Shown: positions 19,408 through 28,780 of the stretch, piece after piece
Position numbering within the stretch: the first letter of the stretch is position 1
How the letters are laid out: every line of letters begins with the position of its first letter
Assembly: GCA_024233005.1 (NCBI GenBank)
Contig: JACKQE010000003.1
Span: forward strand, 219,434 to 283,433
Direction: 5' to 3'
Length of the DNA stretch: 64,000 bases
DNA from: Akkermansiaceae bacterium
GTDB lineage: Bacteria > Verrucomicrobiota > Verrucomicrobiia > Verrucomicrobiales > DEV007
Notes under the pieces: generated by a model
Told to the model about the DNA's origin: nothing
Databases searched by the model: none
Seen by the model: only the letters and a program-made list of their open reading frames with translations
Position numbers and translations under genes: made by a program

Positions 19408-22104
19408 ATGGCATCCCCCTCTCCCTCGAATGGCCTCCGGCGCGTGGTCAGCGCATCGATTCCCACCCTGGCGGCCACGATCCGGTTGGGGGTTCTTCTC
19501 GTGGGGATTCAGGGCCACGCTGCCGCGGGCGGAGCGGAACCCGGTCCACTCCCGGCCTTCCTTCAAACCCACTGCGTGGAATGCCATGACGCCGATAGCC
19601 ACAAGGGCAATCTCGATCTTACCACCCTGCAGCCAAAATTTGACGGCGCGGACGCCTTCGCCCGCTGGGTCAAGATTCATGACCGGATCGTGTCGGGGGA
19701 AATGCCTCCGCGAAAGAAACCCCGCCCCGCCGCCGGAGAACTCGCCGCCGTCACCCAATGGCTCTCCGGATCTCTGAATGAAGCCGAGCAGGCCCATCTT
19801 GATGCCGCCACCCGCACGGGAGTGCGGAGGCTGACCCGGTCGGAATACGAAAACACCGTGCGTGATCTGTTCGACCTGCCGGGAATCGCTCTTCTGAGCG
19901 GACTCCCTGCCGACGGATCGGCGCATGGTTTTGACAAAAACAGCGATGCGCTGGACATCTCGCACGTCAATCTTTCCAAGTATCTGGAGGCGGCCGACAA
20001 GGTTCTCGACATGGCCATTGCGACCCAACCCACCGCGCCGGAGAAAACCACGGTGCGTCTCTCACTGGCAGGCAACTATGAGCCAAACATCATGTTGATG
20101 CAGGGCGATGCGGTGCTGCTCCGCGACAAGCAGCACGATCCCCTCTTCCCTCCGGCCGGCACATACGCCCACATCAACCAGGGAGCCCACGAGCAGCTCG
20201 GCATTTTCAAGCGGATGAGCAGTGTGGGGGTGTTCCGGCATGAGGACGAGTCGTGGAATGCCTACTTTCGGAAGTTCTCCGCCCTTTATCCGGGCCGCTA
20301 CCGTGTCCGCGCCTCTTTCTGGAGCATGACCTGGGACAAAGGCAAAGTCCTTCCCTCGCGGGGCGTCGAGGCGGCCCGGCTCTCTGTGGTGCAATTCAAC
20401 GAAAACGGCCGTGGCGGACAACACCCGAGTTACGTGCTGGGTTATTTCGACGCGCCTTCCATCGAGTCCCGGACGCATGAATTGGATGTCTGGTTCAACC
20501 AGAAAGAAACGATCGGATTCAACACCGCCTCCCTGGCTCCAGTGGTGCTTTACCGCGTGGGAACCTGGGGCCAGGTGGACCGCACGATGGGCTTCACCGG
20601 TCCCTGCATCGTCAATGACTGGCTCGACATCGAAGGCCCGTTTCACGACGTGTGGCCGCCTCGCAGTCACCAGCTGCTCTTCGGCGAACTCCCCCTCATC
20701 GAATTCAAGCCGGCCGACCATCCGGATGTCCGTCCGCCCGTCCGCAAGCCCCTCAAACAGGAGATTGTCGGTTGCGACAACAAGCCCGAACCTGTCCAGG
20801 GAATCTGGACCGTGGGGAGCCACGAGCCGCTGGCTGACGCGGACCGCCTGCTGGCGGCATTCCTGCCCAAAGCCTTCCGCCGTCCGGTGGGAGAGGATGT
20901 GCGCCGGTCCTATGTCGGTCTCGTCTCATCGCGGCTCACCGCGGGGGATGCCTTTGAAACGGCCATGCGCCAGGCCTACCGCGCGGCGCTCTGCTCGCCG
21001 GACTTCCTCTACCACGTCGAACCTCCCGGTCCCTTGGACGAGTTCGCCCTCGCGTCCCGGCTTTCTTATTTCCTGTCCAACTCGAAACCGGATGAGGTCC
21101 TCTCCGGACTGGCGACCGCTGGGAAATTACGGGAGGCGACCGTGCTCCGGGAACAGGTCGGACGACTCTTGGCCGATCCGAAATCCCAGCGGTTTATCGA
21201 GGATTTCCTCGCGCAATGGCTCAAGCTGGGAGCCATCGGCGCGAACGATCCAGACAAGAAACTCTACCCCGAATTCAGCCCCTACCTTCAAGACTCCATG
21301 GTTGCTGAAACCCGCGCCTACTTCCGCGAACTGATCGACCGGGACCTCGACGCGGGCCATCTGGTGAAGTCGGACTTCGCCATGCTCAATGAAAAACTCG
21401 CCACGCACTATGGCATTCCCGGGGTGAGCGGACCGGCCATCCGCCGGGTCGCCCTGCCTCCAGATTCCCCCCGCGGCGGGTTCCTGACCCAGGCCGCGAT
21501 ACTGAAGGTCACCGCCAACGGCACGACCACGTCACCGGTGCCGCGCGGCGCGTTTGTTCTCGCCAGACTGCTGGGACAGCCTCCCGACCCGCCTCCGTCC
21601 AGCGTTCCGGCGGTGGAACCGGATGTCCAGGGGGCCACCACCATCCGCGAACAGCTCGCGAAGCACCGCTCCGACGCGGTGTGTTCCTCCTGCCACGCCA
21701 AAATAGATCCCCCCGGATTTGCCTTGGAAAGCTTCGATGTGATCGGGGGCTGGCGCGACCGCTACCGCTCGATCGGGCAAGGTGATCCGGCGCCACGTGG
21801 CAGCATTGATCCCCGGATCGGCATCGGTTTCAAGCTGGGCCCCCCGGTTGATCCCGGCGGCGCACTTCCCGACGGTCGCCAATTTCATGATGTGATCGAG
21901 TTGAAAGCGTTGCTGGCCGGGGACAAAAGCCAACTCCTCCACAACCTTGCCCGCCAGCTCACCGTCTACGCCACCGGGAGAGACATCGCTTTCCGTGACC
22001 GCAAGGCCCTCGACACCATCGTCGCCAGCACTGAGAAGCAAGGAGGCGGGATCCGCAGCCTGATACAGGAAATCGTCCTCAGCCCCCTGTTCCAAACCCG
22101 ATGA
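19408..22104 (+). CDS. DUF1587/DUF1592/DUF1595/DUF1588/DUF1585 (PSCyt3 + PSD2-5) family secreted protein, copy 1
   Basis: Start at ATG 19408 (signal-like). CVECH at 19573..19587, a second CxxCH (CSSCHAKIDPPGFALESFD) at 21682..21696, and the C-terminal IQEIVLSPLFQTR. Strongly similar to the 24270..26903 product. Confidence 0.8.
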   Translation: MASPSPSNGLRRVVSASIPTLAATIRLGVLLVGIQGHAAAGGAEPGPLPAFLQTHCVECHDADSHKGNLDLTTLQPKFDGADAFARWVKIHDRIVSGEMPPRKKPRPAAGELAAVTQWLSGSLNEAEQAHLDAATRTGVRRLTRSEYENTVRDLFDLPGIALLSGLPADGSAHGFDKNSDALDISHVNLSKYLEAADKVLDMAIATQPTAPEKTTVRLSLAGNYEPNIMLMQGDAVLLRDKQHDPLFPPAGTYAHINQGAHEQLGIFKRMSSVGVFRHEDESWNAYFRKFSALYPGRYRVRASFWSMTWDKGKVLPSRGVEAARLSVVQFNENGRGGQHPSYVLGYFDAPSIESRTHELDVWFNQKETIGFNTASLAPVVLYRVGTWGQVDRTMGFTGPCIVNDWLDIEGPFHDVWPPRSHQLLFGELPLIEFKPADHPDVRPPVRKPLKQEIVGCDNKPEPVQGIWTVGSHEPLADADRLLAAFLPKAFRRPVGEDVRRSYVGLVSSRLTAGDAFETAMRQAYRAALCSPDFLYHVEPPGPLDEFALASRLSYFLSNSKPDEVLSGLATAGKLREATVLREQVGRLLADPKSQRFIEDFLAQWLKLGAIGANDPDKKLYPEFSPYLQDSMVAETRAYFRELIDRDLDAGHLVKSDFAMLNEKLATHYGIPGVSGPAIRRVALPPDSPRGGFLTQAAILKVTANGTTTSPVPRGAFVLARLLGQPPDPPPSSVPAVEPDVQGATTIREQLAKHRSDAVCSSCHAKIDPPGFALESFDVIGGWRDRYRSIGQGDPAPRGSIDPRIGIGFKLGPPVDPGGALPDGRQFHDVIELKALLAGDKSQLLHNLARQLTVYATGRDIAFRDRKALDTIVASTEKQGGGIRSLIQEIVLSPLFQTR

Positions 22105-22664
22105 GAACCACGATCGCCCTCTGCCTGTGCTGGGTGCTCTGCGCCGCCCTCCCAGCCCCCGAACTCCTGGCCGGGGAGCAGACCGCCACATTCCGCCTCA
22201 TCGGCCTGAGCCACCCCGAGCGGGAAGAGGATTTCCACCAGGTGATGCAGTCGCTGCCGGACCTGAAACTCGAGCGATGGGATGCCGCGAAGGCTGAAGT
22301 CACCCTGCGCTATGACACTGCCAGGCTGTTCCCCACCTCCAAGCCGGATCAGGTCTTCCCGCCGGAGAAAATTCTTGAACACCTCGACAAGCTCATCGGC
22401 CAGGCATCCAACCGCACCTTCAGCCTGACCGCCCCCCTTTCGGTGCAGGACAGCGAATTGACCAAGGTGGAGATCCCCTGCGGGTTCCTCGACTGCAAAG
22501 GCTGCCGCTATGCGGTCTACTTGGCGGTGGCGAAAACCGAGGGCGTCGCCCGGGCCTCCGTCAGCTCTGAAACAGGAGTTCTCACGGCTTGGATCGAGAC
22601 CGGCAAAACCAACCGTGAAACCCTGATCGAAGCCCTCAAAAAAGCCCGGGTGGAACTCCCCTGA
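22101..22664 (+). CDS. Secreted tandem HMA-like (ferredoxin-fold) protein, second domain with CxxC, copy 1
   Basis: ATGA overlap with the upstream gene and a signal peptide (MRTTIALCLCWVLCAALPA). The C-terminal half, KVEIPCGFLDCKGCRYAVYLAVAKTEGVARASVSSETGVLTAWIE...TLIEALKKARVEL, follows the heavy-metal-associated domain pattern (G.xCxxC...GV....V.......v). CKGC is at 22494..22505. The N-terminal half has the same spacing but no Cys pair. Confidence 0.6.
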   Translation: MRTTIALCLCWVLCAALPAPELLAGEQTATFRLIGLSHPEREEDFHQVMQSLPDLKLERWDAAKAEVTLRYDTARLFPTSKPDQVFPPEKILEHLDKLIGQASNRTFSLTAPLSVQDSELTKVEIPCGFLDCKGCRYAVYLAVAKTEGVARASVSSETGVLTAWIETGKTNRETLIEALKKARVELP

Positions 22665-22815
22665 AAACCCTCGCACCATCATCCCCCTCCCTCCGGGCTG
22701 GAAAGATGGTGTTCCTTCCGTTGGATTCCGGCTCAGCCAGGAGCGTATCCGCCCTCGCAGGCCTCGCAGTTGCGCCATTGCAAAAGTCGGCCGCAAGCCT
22801 GTAGATTCTCCCCAC

Positions 22816-24273
22816 ATGAAAGCCCCTCTCTGCTCACGCGCCGCCGCTTGGTCCCGGCGTGAATTTCTGAATCGCACCGGCATGGGGTTGGGGACATTCG
22901 GCCTGGCCTCGGTCCTGCAGCAGGCCGGTCTCGGAGCCGCCGAATCCTTCGTCTCCCCCTTGTCCAGCCGGTCGCCGCACTTTGCGCCCAAAGCGAAGCG
23001 GATCATCCAAATTTTCTGCGAAGGAGGCCCGTCCCAGGTGGACACCTTCGATCCGAAGCCGATGCTTTCCAAATACCATGGCAAACCGGTTGATGAGGTG
23101 ATGAAGGACTTCACCAAGACCGCCGGTGAAGTTGCCTCCGGGATGGGACGGCTCAGCGGCAAACTGCAGCAATCCGGATTCACGTTTTCCAAACACGGCC
23201 AATGCGGCGCCGAGATCAGCGAGCTGTTCCCCAAACTGGCCGGTCACGCCGACGATCTCTGCATTGTCCGGTCCATGCACACCAAAAGCAGCGTCCACGA
23301 ACCAGCCCAGCTCATGACCAACACGGGAGAACTGACCGTGGTCCGGCCCAGTGTCGGCTCCTGGATCGTCTATGGTCTCGGCACGGAAAACCAGAATCTG
23401 CCGGCGTTCGTCGCCCTTCACCCCAACGGAACGACCTCATCCGGAGACAAGAACTGGTCGAATGCCTTCCTTCCATCCTGGACACGAGGCACGGGGATCG
23501 CGACGAAGAATCCCTCGGTCGAGAAACTCATCGAAAACCTTCGCAGCGGCAGCACCAGCATCCGTGAACAGCGACGCCAACTCGACCTCTTGGCGGAAAT
23601 GAATGCCGATTTCTTGGAGGATCACCCGGGAGACGCCTATCTTGAGGGCCGCGTCCTCTCGTTCGAGACCGCCTTCCGGATGCAGGTCGAGGCGACCGAT
23701 GCTTTCGACTTGCAACGGGAACCGCTCCCGGTCCGGGAGCTATACGGCGACACCGAACAGGGACGGCAAATGCTGCTGGCCCGGCGGCTGGTGGAACGCG
23801 GCGTGCGTTTTGTCCAGGTCTGGCACACCGGCTGGGACACCCACGACGAGAACGACAGCCGTCATAAAACCCTCTGCGAGGCAGCCGATCAACCGGTCGC
23901 GGCCTTGCTCCAGGACCTCAAAAACCGCGACATGCTCAAGGACACCCTTGTGATCTGGGGCGGTGAGTTCGGCCGCACGCCCACCAGTGACAACAATGAC
24001 GTGGCCAAGAAGAAAGGCATCGGTCGTGATCACAACGCCGGTGGCTATTCTTTGTGGATGTCGGGCGGCGGCATCAAGGGTGGTCTGACTCATGGGTCCA
24101 CGGACGACTTTGGTGCCGTGGCTCAGGAAAACCCCGTCGATGTTCATGACTTCCACGCTACCGTGATGAATCTCATGGGTTTCGATCACGAGCGGCTCAC
24201 CTACCGTTACGCGGGTCGTGATTTCCGGCTGACAGACGTCTATGGCAAGGTCGTGAAGGATCTTCTGGCATGA
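22816..24273 (+). CDS. DUF1501 domain protein
   Basis: Tat-like SRREFLNRTGMGLGTFGLASVL, FCEGGPSQVDTFDPKP, GRDHNAGGYSLWMSGGGIKGG..STDDFG...VHDFHATVMNLMGFD. Its stop overlaps the next start (ATGA at 24270). Confidence 0.8.
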   Translation: MKAPLCSRAAAWSRREFLNRTGMGLGTFGLASVLQQAGLGAAESFVSPLSSRSPHFAPKAKRIIQIFCEGGPSQVDTFDPKPMLSKYHGKPVDEVMKDFTKTAGEVASGMGRLSGKLQQSGFTFSKHGQCGAEISELFPKLAGHADDLCIVRSMHTKSSVHEPAQLMTNTGELTVVRPSVGSWIVYGLGTENQNLPAFVALHPNGTTSSGDKNWSNAFLPSWTRGTGIATKNPSVEKLIENLRSGSTSIREQRRQLDLLAEMNADFLEDHPGDAYLEGRVLSFETAFRMQVEATDAFDLQREPLPVRELYGDTEQGRQMLLARRLVERGVRFVQVWHTGWDTHDENDSRHKTLCEAADQPVAALLQDLKNRDMLKDTLVIWGGEFGRTPTSDNNDVAKKKGIGRDHNAGGYSLWMSGGGIKGGLTHGSTDDFGAVAQENPVDVHDFHATVMNLMGFDHERLTYRYAGRDFRLTDVYGKVVKDLLA

Positions 24274-26903
24274 AGCCCACCGCCCGCTGGACGCAAATGT
24301 TGGCGTGCCTCCCGATGGTGGTGTTCCACGCCGCGCCGGCCACTGCCGAGCCCGGACCACTGCCGGCATTTCTGGAGACCCATTGTCTGGAATGCCATGA
24401 CTCCGATAGTCGCAAAGGAAATCTCGATCTCACGGCACTGCGGTCCGATTTCGCCAACGCGGAAACCTTTGCCCGATGGGTCAAGATCCATGACCGGATC
24501 ACTTCAGGAGAAATGCCTCCGAAAAAAAAGGCCCGCCCCGAGGTCGGAGAAAGCGCCGCGTTCATCGAGTGGCTCTCGGGATCGCTCATCAAGGCCGAAA
24601 AGGCTCGCGTCGCTGGCGCAGGCCGGACGGGGGTGCGCCGGCTAACCCGGACGGAATACGAGAACACCCTGCGCGATCTCTTCGACATGCCCGGTCTCGC
24701 CCTGCAAAACCTGCTTCCGGCGGACGGTTCGGCACACGGCTTTGACAAGAACAGTGACGCGCTGGACATCTCCCACGTCCATCTCGCGAAATACCTTGAG
24801 GCCGCCGATCTCACGCTCGATCTCGCCATCGCCACCCAACCGAAGGCTCCCACGGTGCAAAAGCGCCGCATCTCCCTGATGAACCGGGGAGGCTTTGTCG
24901 CCCACATTGTCATGAACGGCGATGGGGTCCTCCTGCGGGACATGAAGCCCGACCCCGACTTTCCCGCCTCTGGCGAGCACAAGCACATCGACCAGGGAGC
25001 GCATGAGCAGATCGGTTCCTTTGAAACCGGGAGCACCGTGGGCCTGTTCCGCCATGAGGACGAGTCGGTCAGCCCCTATTTCATGGAGCACGTCACCATT
25101 TACCCCGGCCACTACCGGGTCCGCACCTCGCTCTGGGCCTTCCAGTGGGACAAAGGTCAAGTCCTTCCCGCGCGCGGCACCGAGGCCGCACGGCTCTCGG
25201 TCGTGCAGCTCACCGGCGACGGCCGGGGCGGCCAACATCCCAGTTATGTCCTCGGTTACTATGATGCGCCTTCGCTCAGTCCCACCGAGCACGAGGTGAA
25301 GGTGTGGTTGAACCACAACGAGCTCATCGGATTCAACGCCGCCTCGCTCGCGCCCGTGGCAAATTACAACCGCAAGGGACGCGCCATGGCCTTCACCGGG
25401 CCCGGCATTGCCGTGGATTGGCTGGAAATCGAGGGACCACTGCATGAAGAATGGCCCCCCCGTTCACATCGGCTGCTGTTTGGAGAACTGCCCCTGAAAG
25501 AGTTCCCATCCGGAGAGCAGGAAGGGCAGCGCCCCCCCGTGAGGAAGAAGGTCAGGCAGCTGGGCGCCGGCCTGAACCGCCCCGATCCCGGAGCCGGGCT
25601 TTGGAGCGTGCAGAGTGCCCAACCCCTGGTCGACGCCGAGCGCTTGCTCGCCGGGTTCCTTCCCAAAGCCTTCCGGCGTCCCGTGTCCCCGGAAGTGCGC
25701 CAGTCGTATCTGGAGATCGTCAAGCAACGCCTGAAAGCTGGCGACTGCATTGAAACCGCTCTCCGCGAGGCCTACCGGGCGGCTCTCTGCTCCCCGGACT
25801 TTTTGTACCAGGTCGAGCCCGCGGACGGACTCGACGACTACGCCCTGGCCGCCCGCCTCTCCTATTTTCTGTGGAATTCGGCGCCCGATGATGAACTTCT
25901 CGCCCTCGCTGCACGAAACACCCTGCACGATCCCGGAACTCTTCGTTCCCAGACCGAGCGTTTGCTGGGAGATGTGAAATCGCAACGGTTCATCGATGAC
26001 TTTCTCGGCCAGTGGCTCAAGCTCCGTCAGATTGCGGCAAACGATCCCGACAAGAAGCTCTACCCAGAATTCAGTCCCTATTTGCAGGATAGCATGGTCG
26101 CCGAAACCCGCGCCTATTTCCGCGAACTCATTGAGAAAGACCTCGACGCCACCCACCTCGTCAGATCCAGATTCGCCATGCTGAATCAAAAGCTCGCCAC
26201 CCATTATGGCATCGACGGCGTGATCGGCCCCAAGATCCGCCGCGTCGATTTGCCGCCGGGATGCCCCCGCGGAGGATTCCTCACCCAGGCCTCGATCCTG
26301 AAAGTCACTGCCAACGGCACCACCACCTCGCCCGTGGTGCGCGGAGCCTTCGTCCTGGACCGCATCCTTGGAAAGCCACCCGAGCCTCCTCCCTCGAGTG
26401 TCCCCGCCGTCGAGCCGGACGTGCGCGGCACCACCACCATCCGCGAGCAGCTCGACAAACATCGCAATGACGCCGCCTGCGCCACCTGCCATGCAAAGAT
26501 CGATCCTCCCGGTTTCGCCCTCGAAAGCTTCGATGTCATCGGAGGTCAGCGCTCGCGTTACCGCAGCATCGGGGAAGGCTTGGGCGATCCCGCCCCCCGG
26601 GGGACCATCGACCCTTTCATTGGCATCAGCTTCAAACTCGGCCCGCCGGTCGACTCCGCCGGGGTCATGCCTGGGGGGAGATCGTTCAGCGATATCCGTG
26701 ACATGCAGGACATCCTCGCGGAACACCCGGAAGTTCTGCTTCACACCCTCGCCCGTCAGTTCCTGATTTACAGCACCGGTCGTGACATCGCGTTTTCGGA
26801 CCGAGCCGCCCTCAACGACCTCCTCACCAGAACCGGTCCGAAAGGCGGCGTGCGGTCGCTTCTGCACCAGCTCATCCAAAGTCCACTGTTCCAAACTCGA
26901 TGA
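24270..26903 (+). CDS. DUF1587/DUF1592/DUF1595/DUF1588/DUF1585 family secreted protein, copy 2
   Basis: CLECH at 24384..24398, CATCHAKIDPPGFALESFD at 26478..26492, and the C-terminal HQLIQSPLFQTR. Long identical runs shared with copy 1 include EPGPLPAFL.THC.ECHD, FARWVKIHDRI.SGEMPP and LPADGSAHGFDKNSDALDISHV. Confidence 0.8.
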   Translation: MKPTARWTQMLACLPMVVFHAAPATAEPGPLPAFLETHCLECHDSDSRKGNLDLTALRSDFANAETFARWVKIHDRITSGEMPPKKKARPEVGESAAFIEWLSGSLIKAEKARVAGAGRTGVRRLTRTEYENTLRDLFDMPGLALQNLLPADGSAHGFDKNSDALDISHVHLAKYLEAADLTLDLAIATQPKAPTVQKRRISLMNRGGFVAHIVMNGDGVLLRDMKPDPDFPASGEHKHIDQGAHEQIGSFETGSTVGLFRHEDESVSPYFMEHVTIYPGHYRVRTSLWAFQWDKGQVLPARGTEAARLSVVQLTGDGRGGQHPSYVLGYYDAPSLSPTEHEVKVWLNHNELIGFNAASLAPVANYNRKGRAMAFTGPGIAVDWLEIEGPLHEEWPPRSHRLLFGELPLKEFPSGEQEGQRPPVRKKVRQLGAGLNRPDPGAGLWSVQSAQPLVDAERLLAGFLPKAFRRPVSPEVRQSYLEIVKQRLKAGDCIETALREAYRAALCSPDFLYQVEPADGLDDYALAARLSYFLWNSAPDDELLALAARNTLHDPGTLRSQTERLLGDVKSQRFIDDFLGQWLKLRQIAANDPDKKLYPEFSPYLQDSMVAETRAYFRELIEKDLDATHLVRSRFAMLNQKLATHYGIDGVIGPKIRRVDLPPGCPRGGFLTQASILKVTANGTTTSPVVRGAFVLDRILGKPPEPPPSSVPAVEPDVRGTTTIREQLDKHRNDAACATCHAKIDPPGFALESFDVIGGQRSRYRSIGEGLGDPAPRGTIDPFIGISFKLGPPVDSAGVMPGGRSFSDIRDMQDILAEHPEVLLHTLARQFLIYSTGRDIAFSDRAALNDLLTRTGPKGGVRSLLHQLIQSPLFQTR

Positions 26904-27487
26904 CCGTTTTCCAACTGCCACAGATCCATCATCCGGCCTGCCTTGGAATGCTCGCGTTCCTTGGCGTGGTTCTGTTCGTGCCCGCAGGGCCGGAACTGGC
27001 CGCGGCCGAGTCCATCGTGCAGTACCGCGTCAACGGGTTGTTCCAGCCTGACCGCCAAGAAGCGCTCACCACCGCCGCACAAGCCCTTGAGGGGTGCCAC
27101 CTCACCGGGGTGGATTACGACACCGCCCTCGCATCCTTCGCCTACGACCCCGACCACCAACTCTTCAAGAATGCCAAGCCCGAACAGGTGCTCCAGCGGA
27201 TCAATGATCAGATCAGAAGGTTGACCAACGGCTGCTTCACGCTTTCCCTGCCCGGCAAACTCCCACCGGAAAAACTTGTCGAGATTCGGTTCGAGATCGA
27301 AGGTCTCGATTGCCTCGGTTGCTCGTTTGGGGCCTATCGTGCGGTCGCCGGCATTGATGGAGTGGAGCGCGCCACCGCCAGTTTCCATGAAGGCCGGCTC
27401 ACCGCCTGGATCGATCCCGCCAAAACGAACCGTGAAGCGCTGGCCGCCGCCCTGACTAAAAAAGAGATCACGATCCTCCACCCCTGA
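26900..27487 (+). CDS. Secreted tandem HMA-like protein with CxxC, copy 2
   Basis: ATGA overlap with the upstream gene and a hydrophobic N-terminus. EIRFEIEGLDCLGCSFGAYRAVAGIDGVERATASFHEGRLTAWIDPAKTNREALAAAL, with CLGC at 27311..27322. Shares LDC.GC, LTAWI and KTNRE.L with copy 1. An alternative start is at 26948. Confidence 0.6.
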   Translation: MTVFQLPQIHHPACLGMLAFLGVVLFVPAGPELAAAESIVQYRVNGLFQPDRQEALTTAAQALEGCHLTGVDYDTALASFAYDPDHQLFKNAKPEQVLQRINDQIRRLTNGCFTLSLPGKLPPEKLVEIRFEIEGLDCLGCSFGAYRAVAGIDGVERATASFHEGRLTAWIDPAKTNREALAAALTKKEITILHP

Positions 27488-27492
27488 CTGCC

Positions 27493-28752
27493 ATGACCAA
27501 GAACATTGTCCCCCGCCCGGCCTCGCTCCCCCGCCGCACTTTCCTGCGGGGAGCGGGGATCACCCTGAGCCTGCCGTTTCTGGAGGCCATGTGCCCGGCG
27601 TTTTCTTCCGCCGCCGAGTCCTCCATCCCACGCCGCATGGTCTGCATCCAGACCAACATGGGAATCCTGCCGCAGTTTTTCTTTCCGGAGAACGCGGGAC
27701 GCGACTACACTGCGAGCGTCTACTTGGAGCGACTCAAGACCCACCGCGACCAGATCACGGTCTTCTCGGGCGTCAGCCATCCCGTTGTCGATGGCGGACA
27801 CGCGGCGCAGAAATGCTTTCTGACAGGCACGCCGCACCCGGCCCGGGGCGGCTTTCGCAACGGCATTTCCCTGGACCAGTTCGCCGCGGAAGAAATCGGC
27901 AACCAAACCCGCTATCCGTCTCTCGTGCTCGCGGTCACGAATGAAAATGCCACGATGAGTTTCACCCGCAGCGGGGCTTCGATCCCTTCGGAACAGAGCC
28001 CGAAAAAATTGTTTGAACGTCTTTTCATCCAGGGCAACGCCAAGGAAGTTGAGGCGAATGTGGAAGCTCTGCAGCGGGGCCGCAGCTTGATGGACTTCGT
28101 GGGGGAACAGTCGAAGCGCCTCAGCCGGACCCTCTCCAAGAGTGACCAGTCCCGACTCGACCAGTACTTCACCGCGGTGCGGGATCTCGAACAGCGACTT
28201 CACAGCGCGGAGGAGTGGGAATACAAGCCCAAGCCCGCCGTCACGGCCAAAGCCCCCGAGGAAATCACCGACGCGCTGGAGTTCGTGCGCCGCACCGGTC
28301 AAACCTTCGATGTGATGAAACTTGCTCTTGAGACCGACTCCACACGGGTGATTTCCCTCTTCATTGACACCACCGTCATCCACAATATCACCCACCATGG
28401 CAACCGCCCCGAGGTTCTCGCCGAACTGCGCGGGCACGAGGAACGCCAGTTTGATGCCCTGAACGGTTTCCTGACGGCTCTGGCGGAGGCAAAAGAGCAG
28501 GGCGACACGTTGCTTGATCGCACCCAGGTCTACTACGGCACCTGCATGGGAAGCGCCAACTCCCACAGCAATGTGAACCTGCCGGCACTGCTGGCGGGTG
28601 GCGGATTCAAACACGGCCAACATCTCGCCTTCGACAAGGACCACAACCACCCTCTGACGAACCTTTACGTCTCCATGCTGCAACGGCTGGGCATCGATAC
28701 CGGGGAGTTTTCCACCGGCAAGACGACCATCAAGGGACTGGAGATGGCCTGA
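27493..28752 (+). CDS. DUF1552 domain protein (Tat signal)
   Basis: The N-terminal PRRTFLRGAGITLSLPFLEAM is the hallmark DUF1552 start. About 420 aa. Located 5 nt after the HMA-like gene. Confidence 0.75.
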   Translation: MTKNIVPRPASLPRRTFLRGAGITLSLPFLEAMCPAFSSAAESSIPRRMVCIQTNMGILPQFFFPENAGRDYTASVYLERLKTHRDQITVFSGVSHPVVDGGHAAQKCFLTGTPHPARGGFRNGISLDQFAAEEIGNQTRYPSLVLAVTNENATMSFTRSGASIPSEQSPKKLFERLFIQGNAKEVEANVEALQRGRSLMDFVGEQSKRLSRTLSKSDQSRLDQYFTAVRDLEQRLHSAEEWEYKPKPAVTAKAPEEITDALEFVRRTGQTFDVMKLALETDSTRVISLFIDTTVIHNITHHGNRPEVLAELRGHEERQFDALNGFLTALAEAKEQGDTLLDRTQVYYGTCMGSANSHSNVNLPALLAGGGFKHGQHLAFDKDHNHPLTNLYVSMLQRLGIDTGEFSTGKTTIKGLEMA

Positions 28753-28780
28753 CCACTCCTCCGGCGCATCCAGTTATTCG

